Shown one piece after another: positions 56,019 to 64,000 of a stretch of DNA of 64,000 nucleotides. Position numbers and translations under genes: made by a program. The DNA is from Phycisphaerales bacterium (GTDB taxonomy: Bacteria > Planctomycetota > Phycisphaerae > UBA1845), in contig CP070691.1 of the NCBI GenBank assembly GCA_020353195.1, forward strand, positions 1,457,212 through 1,521,211, read 5' to 3'. Under the pieces are notes generated by a model. That model was given only the letters and a program-made list of their open reading frames with translations, did no database searches and was not told the origin of the DNA. The stretch's first letter is position 1; each line of letters starts with the position of its first letter.

Positions 56019-58190
56019 ATTCTGAACGTCACTCTGCCCGACGGTTCCCGCGTAACGATCGAGGACGGCGCGTCGACGTACGACGTCGCGCGCAAGATCG
56101 GCGCCCGGCTGGCGGAGTCCGCCGTCGCTGGGAAAATCTCCTACCAGGGTCGCGACTCGATCGTCGACCTGAACGCGCCGCTTCCGGGCGATTGTGAGCT
56201 GACGGTTCTGACCGCTGACGACCGCAACCCCGACAGCCTGCATGTGCTCAGGCACAGCGCCGCCCATGTGATGGCTCAGGCCGTCTGTGAGCTGTTCCCC
56301 GAGACGAAACTCGTCTACGGTCCGCCGGTGGACAAGGGGTTCTACTACGACCTCGATCTGGACCGCAGCATTACGCCCGACGACTTCGACGCCATCGGGA
56401 AAGCGATGCAGCGGATCATTGCGCAGGATCGCCCGTTCCGCCGCTATGATCTCACCCGCGCAGAGGCCATGGAGAAGCTCGAGAGAGAGGGAAACCGATA
56501 CAAGATTGACAACGCCGAGCGGGCCGAGGGCGACACGATCAGCTTCTACGTCACCGGTGAGCGGACCGGAGAGGGTTTCGAAGACCTGTGCCGGGGGCCC
56601 CACCTGCCCAGCACGGGACGCATCGGGGCCTTCGTGATCCACCAGGTCAGCGGTTCGCACTACCGCGGCGACATCAGCGAGAAGCCGCTCCAGCGGTTGT
56701 ACGGGACGGCGTTCTTCAAGGCCAAGTCGCTGAAGGAACACCTCAGGCAACTCGAGGAGGCCAAAGCCCGCGACCATCGCGTCATCGGCAAGGAGTTGGG
56801 TCTGTTCAGCATCGACCCCGAGGTGGGCAGCGGTCTGGTGCTGTGGCATCCCAAAGGGGCCGTCATCCGGATGCTGCTGGAGAACTTCCTGAAGTTCGAG
56901 ATGCTGCTGGGCGGTTACCAGCCGGTCTACAGCGCCAACATCGGGCGGCTGGGCCTGTACCGCACGAGCGGGCACTATCCGTACTATCGGGACTCCCAGT
57001 TTCCCCCGCTGTACGAGACGGACCGGGGGCGGACGCTGCTGAGCCTTCTGCACACCATCGAGCGGGCGGCCGAGTTCGGCGGGGCCCGGCGGGAGAAAGC
57101 GCTGGCGGACGCGCGGGCGCTGGCCGACGCCGCCCAGGCGCTCTGGGGAGACGTTGCGGGCCTGGACGACGCCAAGAGCCCGGAGCAGATGATCGCCATC
57201 CTCGATCGTGAGCTGCGGAGCGAGGAAGGGTATCTTCTCAAACCGATGAACTGCCCGCACCACGTTCACATCTACAAGGCCACGCCGCGAAGCTATCGCG
57301 ACCTGCCGATCCGCTACTTCGAGTTCGGCACGGTCTACCGTTACGAACAGAGCGGCGAGCTGGGCGGTATGGTGCGCGTACGGGGGTTCACCCAGGACGA
57401 CGCCCATCTGTTCTGCACGCCGGAGCAGTTGCGGGACGAGTTGCGCAGCACGATCGCGTTGACGCTCAAGGTGTTGGAGGCTGTGGATCTGACGGACTAT
57501 CGCGTGCGGATCGGGTTGCGCGATCCGGATGCGTCGAAGTACACGGGGTCCGACGACCTCTGGGACCAGGCCCAGGAGCAGATTCGCGCCGCGGTCAGGG
57601 AAACGGGGCTCGACGCGACGGAGGAGAAAGGGGAGGCGGCGTTCTACGGCCCGAAGATCGACTTCGTCGTCCGGGACTGCATCCACCGCGAATGGCAGCT
57701 GGGCACGATTCAGGTGGATTACAACCTTCCCGAGCGCTTTGACTTGACTTACATCGGTCGCGACAACCGCCCGCACCGCCCGATCATGATTCACCGGGCG
57801 CCGTTCGGCAGTATCGAACGCTTCGTCGCCATTCTGACCGAGCATTTCGCCGGCGCGTTTCCGCTGTGGCTGGCCCCGATCCAGGTGGCGGTGGTCACGG
57901 TCAGCGAGAAGAGTGCTGCGTATGCCAGGCAGGTGTACGATCGTGCCGCCGGCGAGGGGGGCCTGCGCGTGGAACTGGACGTTTCGAGCGACAAGATCGG
58001 GCCCAAGAAGCACCGGTATCGGGCGTTGAAGGTCCCGTACATCCTGGTCATCGGCGAGCAGGAGGCCGCCGAGGGCACCGTGAACGTGAACGACCGGCAG
58101 GGCAGGACGCTGGGGAACTTCCCGCTCGAGAAGTTCCTCGAAGGCTGCCAGATTGAGATTGCGACGAAAGGGAAGAAACTCAGTATGTAG
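56019..58190 (+). CDS. thrS: Threonine--tRNA ligase, with non-canonical start codon (ATT 56019 or CTG 56022)
   Basis: Track ORF 56244..58190 starts at an internal GTG. The same frame is open back to TGA 55875-55877. From 56022 it encodes the TGS domain (LNVTLPDGSRVTIEDGASTYDVARKIG...), and GGAGG sits at 56011-56015. No ATG, GTG or TTG is in frame between 55878 and 56243. Class II motifs are KPMNCPHH and RVRGFTQDDAH. Confidence 0.9.
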   Translation: MLNVTLPDGSRVTIEDGASTYDVARKIGARLAESAVAGKISYQGRDSIVDLNAPLPGDCELTVLTADDRNPDSLHVLRHSAAHVMAQAVCELFPETKLVYGPPVDKGFYYDLDLDRSITPDDFDAIGKAMQRIIAQDRPFRRYDLTRAEAMEKLEREGNRYKIDNAERAEGDTISFYVTGERTGEGFEDLCRGPHLPSTGRIGAFVIHQVSGSHYRGDISEKPLQRLYGTAFFKAKSLKEHLRQLEEAKARDHRVIGKELGLFSIDPEVGSGLVLWHPKGAVIRMLLENFLKFEMLLGGYQPVYSANIGRLGLYRTSGHYPYYRDSQFPPLYETDRGRTLLSLLHTIERAAEFGGARREKALADARALADAAQALWGDVAGLDDAKSPEQMIAILDRELRSEEGYLLKPMNCPHHVHIYKATPRSYRDLPIRYFEFGTVYRYEQSGELGGMVRVRGFTQDDAHLFCTPEQLRDELRSTIALTLKVLEAVDLTDYRVRIGLRDPDASKYTGSDDLWDQAQEQIRAAVRETGLDATEEKGEAAFYGPKIDFVVRDCIHREWQLGTIQVDYNLPERFDLTYIGRDNRPHRPIMIHRAPFGSIERFVAILTEHFAGAFPLWLAPIQVAVVTVSEKSAAYARQVYDRAAGEGGLRVELDVSSDKIGPKKHRYRALKVPYILVIGEQEAAEGTVNVNDRQGRTLGNFPLEKFLEGCQIEIATKGKKLSM

Positions 58191-58265
58191 GGTGCGGGAT
58201 TCATCCTTCGTCCTTCATCCTTCATTGTTCGTCCGTTATCGTTTAGAGAAGGGAGGTGATCAACC

Positions 58266-58775
58266 ATCGCGAAAACGCTACGTACGAACGAACAGATCCG
58301 GATTTCACCGATTCGCCTGATCGACGAGAACAACGCCCAGGTCGGAGTCGTTTCGACATCGGATGCCCAGCGGCGGGCGCGCGACCTCGGGCTCGATCTG
58401 GTCGAGGTCTCGCCGATGGAGCGCCCCCCCGTCTGCCGGATCATGGATTACGGGAAGTATAAGTACCACCTGAAGAAAAAACAGAAGGATCGGGGGGCGC
58501 GTGCCCAGGTGGTGATGAAGGAAGTCCGACTTCGACCCAAGACCGACGACCACGACAGGCAGATCAAGATCCACCGGGCTCGTCAGTTTCTGGAAAGTGG
58601 CAACAAGGTGCAGTTCACCATGCTGTTCCGTGGGCGGGAGCGAGCTCATGCGAACATCGGGTTTGAAGTGTTCAAGTCCATTGTGGACGGCTTCGGCGAT
58701 GACGTGAAGCTCGAGCGCCCGCCGAAGATGGAAGGCCGGCGCATGACGATGGTCGTCAGCCCCGCCAAGCACTGA
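58266..58775 (+). CDS. infC: Translation initiation factor IF-3, with ATC start
   Basis: Track ORF 58416..58775 is only the C-terminal part. The frame is open back to TGA 58257-58259 and encodes IAKTLRTNEQIRISPIRLIDENNAQVGV...LDLVEVSPMERPPVCRIMDYGKYKY. GGAGG is at 58252-58256. The first near-cognate codon is ATC 58266. Confidence 0.88.
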   Translation: MAKTLRTNEQIRISPIRLIDENNAQVGVVSTSDAQRRARDLGLDLVEVSPMERPPVCRIMDYGKYKYHLKKKQKDRGARAQVVMKEVRLRPKTDDHDRQIKIHRARQFLESGNKVQFTMLFRGRERAHANIGFEVFKSIVDGFGDDVKLERPPKMEGRRMTMVVSPAKH

Positions 58776-59033
58776 TCCTGGGGACCGTATCCCCGGGGCC
58801 GGGGGGAAACAGGCGGGCTGAGTATGGGCGATGCGCGGTGACCCGCGAACGGAAGCACAGTCCGGCTGACGGTACCAGTCTGTTGGCACGACACGATCGG
58901 ATCGTCGTTTGACAGTATTGTATCGGGCGGTTTGGAGTCTCTGGCTCCGGTTGCAGTGCCGGGCGGGATGCGCTATCCTGACCTTTCTGTTTGCCGCCCT
59001 CTTGGGAGACTTGACTCGAGCAGGGGAGTGCGA

Positions 59034-60179
<1,146 letters not shown>

Positions 60180-60233
60180 AAGCGGTTTCGGCGACGGTCG
60201 GCGCGATCGACCGTTTGGCGAGTGCTGGTAGGC

Positions 60234-61238
60234 ATGAACGTACCGGACGGTTTGATCGAACGATTGACGTCGTGGCGGCGGGCCGTGATCGTGGGGCACG
60301 TGACCCCTGACGCGGACTGCCTGGGCTCCATGATTGCGCTGGCGAAGGGCCTTGCCGATGACCGACGGTGCGAAGTCACGGTGTCGCTGCCGCCGGGAAG
60401 CGTCTCGCAGCGCCTGGCGTTCATCCTCGACCAGGCCGATCCCGCACTGGCCGACCCCCGCGCCTTCGCGGAGGCCGACGGAATCGTAGTCGTGGACACG
60501 GCCAAGGTCTCGCGCTGCAACGTCGACAGGTCGATTCCGGACAACTGGGCGGACGGCAAGACGGTGATCAACATCGACCACCACGCGTCGAACACGCGTT
60601 TCGGTGACATCAACTGGGTCGAAGCAGAGGCCAGCAGCACGGCGGAGATGGTCTACTGGCTGCTGCTGCGAGCGAACCGCTCGCTCAGTCCGATGCTCTG
60701 CTCGCTGCTGTACGCGGGCATGATCACCGACACCGTGGGATTCACGCTGTCGTCGACCGCCCCGGGCACGCTCCGGGTGGCCGGCGAGGTCGTGGCCCAG
60801 GGAGCGGACGTCGCCCAGATCGGGGAGCGCATGTACCGCAGCCTGACCGCCGGCGAGTTTCGACTTCTCCAGACGATCTACGCCAATACGCGCGTGGTCG
60901 CCGACGGGCGAATCGCTTACAGCACGGCCGATCACGACGAGATTACGGGAGCGGGATGCACGGCCGCCGACATCGACGATCAGGTCAACGTGCCGCGATC
61001 GCTGCGGGGCGTGAAGATCGCGATGCTGTTGACCGAAGGTGTCCGGGGCAAAACCAGGATCAACTTCCGCGGCGAATCCGGCGTGGAGGTCCTCGAACTG
61101 GCCAGGTCGCTGGGTGGGGGCGGCCACGCCGAAGCCGCCGGGGCCATCCTCGACATGCCGATCGATCAGGCGGTTCCCCTCGTGGTGGCCAGGACTACCG
61201 AGTATGTTGACCGGCTATCCGGCGGATCGGACTCATGA
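60234..61238 (+). CDS. nrnA: DHH/DHHA1 phosphoesterase, NrnA-like (oligoribonuclease / pAp phosphatase)
   Basis: Track ORF 60222..61238; ATG is at 60234. It contains GHVTPDADCLGS, NIDHHASN and GGGGHAEAAG. Confidence 0.85.
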   Translation: MNVPDGLIERLTSWRRAVIVGHVTPDADCLGSMIALAKGLADDRRCEVTVSLPPGSVSQRLAFILDQADPALADPRAFAEADGIVVVDTAKVSRCNVDRSIPDNWADGKTVINIDHHASNTRFGDINWVEAEASSTAEMVYWLLLRANRSLSPMLCSLLYAGMITDTVGFTLSSTAPGTLRVAGEVVAQGADVAQIGERMYRSLTAGEFRLLQTIYANTRVVADGRIAYSTADHDEITGAGCTAADIDDQVNVPRSLRGVKIAMLLTEGVRGKTRINFRGESGVEVLELARSLGGGGHAEAAGAILDMPIDQAVPLVVARTTEYVDRLSGGSDS

Positions 61239-61816
61239 GCGGAGTTACCGACGAGTTCATCACGATCGTATCCGGCCTGCCGCGGTCGGGGACCTCGATG
61301 ATGATGCAGATGATCCACGCCGGAGGAATCCCGGCGCTGACCGACGAGATCCGGGCCGCCGACGAGGACAATCCGAGAGGCTACTACGAGTTCGAGCCGG
61401 TCAAGAAGACGAAGCAGGACCCGTCGTGGCTGGAATCGGCGGCGGGCAAAGTCGTCAAGATGGTGCATCTGCTGCTGCTGGACCTTCCCACGGACCGCCC
61501 CTACCGCGTGGTCTTCATGGAACGGCGCTTCGACGAGGTCGTCGCTTCGCAGAACAGCATGCTCGAGCGACTGGGCAAGGGGATCGGCGACCTGCCGAAA
61601 GAGCGAATCATCCAGGTCTTCCGGGCGCAGATCGAGAGCGTGGACAAGTGGATGCGGGAGCATTCGTGCTTTCGGTTCGTCCGCGTCAGCTACAACGATC
61701 TGATCCGTGATCCCGGCCCGCCGGTGCAAGCGGTGAACGAGTTCCTCGGCGGCCGTCTCGACACCGGCGCCATGATGCATGTTGTGGATCCGTCCCTGTA
61801 CCGGCAACGGAGTTGA
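61235..61816 (+). CDS. Small sulfotransferase-family protein (193 aa)
   Basis: Its start overlaps the nrnA stop (ATGA 61235-61238). It has a PAPS 5'-phosphosulfate-binding-loop-like motif SGLPRSGTSMM and a downstream R-x7-S element (ERRFDEVVAS). Confidence 0.65.
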   Translation: MSGVTDEFITIVSGLPRSGTSMMMQMIHAGGIPALTDEIRAADEDNPRGYYEFEPVKKTKQDPSWLESAAGKVVKMVHLLLLDLPTDRPYRVVFMERRFDEVVASQNSMLERLGKGIGDLPKERIIQVFRAQIESVDKWMREHSCFRFVRVSYNDLIRDPGPPVQAVNEFLGGRLDTGAMMHVVDPSLYRQRS

Positions 61817-61912
61817 ACCGCGTTCCCCGCCAGGTCCGGCGAACGCCGCGATCACGCGAACCGTGCGGTGCTTGACCGGCATACGGGGCGTCCTGCACAA
61901 TTGCCGGTGTCC

Positions 61913-62515
61913 ATGCATCCGGATCTCCAACCCGAGTTGCTGTTGTCGGCTTATGCGAGCGGGATCTTCCCGATGGCCGACGAGAACGGGGATATCTACT
62001 GGTATTCACCCGACCCCCGAGTCGTCATCGACCTGGACGCATTCCACGTGCCCCGATCGCTTCGCCAGGCGCGTAAGCGTGGAGCGTTCGACCTGGTCGT
62101 GGACCAGGAATTCCGCGCCGTGATCGCCGCCTGCGCCGACCGCCGAGAAGGCACGTGGATTTCACCCGACATCATCGAGGCATACTGCCGGTTGCACGAT
62201 CTCGGGTTCGCGCACAGCGTGGAGGCGCGACGAAAGGGGCGGCTGGCGGGAGGGCTGTACGGCGTGGCGCTGGGCGGGGCGTTCTTCGGCGAATCGATGT
62301 TTCATCGCGAGTCCGACGCATCGAAGCTGGCCCTGGTCCACCTGGTCGAGCACATGCGCCGGAGGGGTTTTGTCCTGCTCGACGTGCAGTTCATGACCGA
62401 GCACCTGCGGCGTTTCGGGGCCCGTGAGATCCGGCGCGACGAGTATCTGGATCGACTTTCGCGAGCGCTGGCCGTATCGTGCACGTTCGTGGATCGACCC
62501 GGTCAGGCGATTTGA
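61913..62515 (+). CDS. aat: Leucyl/phenylalanyl-tRNA--protein transferase
   Basis: In-frame ATG 61913 of track ORF 61868..62515. It contains LLSAYASGIFPMADENGDIYWYSPDPR...GESMFH. Confidence 0.9.
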   Translation: MHPDLQPELLLSAYASGIFPMADENGDIYWYSPDPRVVIDLDAFHVPRSLRQARKRGAFDLVVDQEFRAVIAACADRREGTWISPDIIEAYCRLHDLGFAHSVEARRKGRLAGGLYGVALGGAFFGESMFHRESDASKLALVHLVEHMRRRGFVLLDVQFMTEHLRRFGAREIRRDEYLDRLSRALAVSCTFVDRPGQAI

Positions 62516-62516
62516 C

Positions 62517-64000
62517 ATGACGCTCTCTGCTCCGCCAGCCGAACTGTTCCTCAAGAACATGCGCGCTCTCTGGCGGGCCGACCACTGGCTCGCCCACCGG
62601 GTGGACGCGGTGGCCGACGAGGATCGCCTGGCCATCCAACCGACCCGGTCGGGTGCGTGGACGGCGGCGGTTCCGGCGGCCCACGGCCGGCCCTGCTATC
62701 TGCATTCCCGCTACGACCCCGAGGCCGAAGCGGAGAAGCTGCTCGTCGACCTCGACTTCGACAACAACTACTGCTTCGTCGTGAGCGGCTTCGGGCTGGG
62801 GTATCACATCCGGGCGATGTACGAGAAGCTCAAGGGCGACGCGATCATCGTTGCCATCGAGCCGTCGGTGGAGTCGCTGGCGACCGCACTGTCCTGCGTG
62901 GACCTGGCGGACGTGATCGATTCGGGGAAGCTCATCGTGCTGCTGCGCCCGAACAAGGCCACGTTCCATGAGCGGCTCAAACCCCACAACGCGTTGATCA
63001 TGCTCGGCGCGCAGTTCGTCGCTCATCCCCCGTCACAGCAAATCGCGGGCGAGTTTCACGCGGCGGCCCGTAAACTCTTCACCGAGTTCGTCACCTACAC
63101 GCGGGTCGCGCTGATCACCCTGGTCAGCAACGCCCAGATCACCTGCCGCAACATCGCGAATAACCTCCCCACCTATGTGGCCACGCCGCCGATCGACATC
63201 TTGCGGGGCCGGTTTGCGGGGTGCCCCGCGATTGTCGTCTCCGCCGGCCCGTCGCTCCGCAAGAACATTCACCTGCTGGACGAAACCAAAGGTCGGATCA
63301 TCATCATCGCCACCCAGACCACCTACAAGGTGCTGCGCCAGCGCGGCGTGATCCCCGATTTCGTGGTCAGCCTCGACTACCACGAGAAATCAAGACAGTT
63401 CTTCGAGGGGATCGAACCGTCAGGCGACGTTCACCTGGTGGCGGAACCCAAGGCCACGTGGCACGTGATCGACGAGTTCCGCGGGCCCGTGTCGCTGCTG
63501 AGCAACCCGTTCGCCCGCCTGCTGCTGGGAGATGAGCTGGCGGCGCGAGACGGTTTGCCCCCCGGCGCTACGGTCGCCCACCTGGCGTTCTATCTCGCCC
63601 GCTACGCCGGGTGCAGCCCGATCATCTTCGTGGGGCAGGACCTGGCCTATACCGGCTACGTGTACTACGTTCCCGGCGTCGAGATGCACGACACGTGGCG
63701 CAGCGAGATCAATCGCTTCAACACGATGGAAATGAAGGAGTGGGAGCGGCTGGTGCGGGCCCGCGAAGCGCTGCGGAAGGTCAAAGACGCTCAGGGGCGC
63801 GAACTCTATACGGACGACCTGCTGTTCACATACCTCGAGCAGTTCGAGAAAGACTTTGCGGGTTGCCCGGCCAAGCTGATCAACGCCACCGAGGGCGGCG
63901 CCTGCATCCGGGGCACGGAGTCCATGACCCTTCGCGCCGCGCTCGACCGCTATGGCCAACACCCGATTCCGGCGGAGCGGTTCGCCTATCGGCGCAACAT
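62517..64000 (+). CDS. Maf-like / DUF115 (MptE-like) glycosyltransferase-family protein, 5' partial (runs off the window)
   Basis: This ORF is not in the track because no stop is reached. ATG 62517 sits one base after the aat stop codon (TGA 62513-62515), and I translated the frame by hand to base 64000 with no stop. It contains CPAIVVSAGPSLRKNIHLL, GRIIIIATQTTYKVLRQRGVIPDFVVSLDYHE and IIFVGQDLAYTG, typical of motility-accessory-factor/DUF115 proteins. Confidence 0.7.
   Translation, partial: MTLSAPPAELFLKNMRALWRADHWLAHRVDAVADEDRLAIQPTRSGAWTAAVPAAHGRPCYLHSRYDPEAEAEKLLVDLDFDNNYCFVVSGFGLGYHIRAMYEKLKGDAIIVAIEPSVESLATALSCVDLADVIDSGKLIVLLRPNKATFHERLKPHNALIMLGAQFVAHPPSQQIAGEFHAAARKLFTEFVTYTRVALITLVSNAQITCRNIANNLPTYVATPPIDILRGRFAGCPAIVVSAGPSLRKNIHLLDETKGRIIIIATQTTYKVLRQRGVIPDFVVSLDYHEKSRQFFEGIEPSGDVHLVAEPKATWHVIDEFRGPVSLLSNPFARLLLGDELAARDGLPPGATVAHLAFYLARYAGCSPIIFVGQDLAYTGYVYYVPGVEMHDTWRSEINRFNTMEMKEWERLVRAREALRKVKDAQGRELYTDDLLFTYLEQFEKDFAGCPAKLINATEGGACIRGTESMTLRAALDRYGQHPIPAERFAYRRN

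Overview
This is a high-GC bacterial chromosomal segment. Third-codon-position G/C bias is strong, so long antisense shadow ORFs are common. I found no rRNA genes, intact tRNA genes, CRISPR arrays, transposases, integrases or phage genes.

Gene layout:
- 1-28974: a single unidirectional (+) Wzx/Wzy-type glycan biosynthesis locus. It holds a WecB-like epimerase fragment, a WbpB/WbpD/WbpE-like diacetamido-uronic-acid trio, a flippase, an atypical AsnB-like enzyme, a Wzy-like polymerase, six GT-B glycosyltransferases (two are diverged paralogs) and an NDP-deoxyhexose trio. It ends with a block of poorly characterised enzymes: extended and bi-domain oxidoreductases, an Asp-box propeller, a heparinase II/III-like protein, two GNATs, a DUF3473-type deacetylase and a second DegT aminotransferase.
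- 29204-37244: rsgA, then a chaperone cluster groL-groES-groL-dnaJ-grpE with no dnaK, then two small zinc-ribbon genes (FmdB-like and yacG).
- 37498-43613: membrane proteins, a membrane GT2, a YbjQ-like protein and an M42-like peptidase.
- 43767-53441: mixed strands. An orphan Zn-ribbon protein, a ClC channel, an M28 lipoprotein peptidase, a B12-binding radical SAM enzyme divergent from a 763-aa orphan, and an MBL hydrolase.
- 53600-64000: nrdR, rsfS and folE, then about 650 bp of non-coding DNA. After that come thrS and infC (both must use non-canonical start codons), a sat-nrnA-sulfotransferase module, aat, and a Maf/DUF115-like gene that runs off the window and is absent from the ORF track.

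The best candidates for something new are the sulfation module, the uncharacterised tail of the glycan locus, and the radical-SAM/orphan pair. All functional calls rest on motifs read by eye. No database search was run. A Planctomycetota-like origin is only a weak guess.
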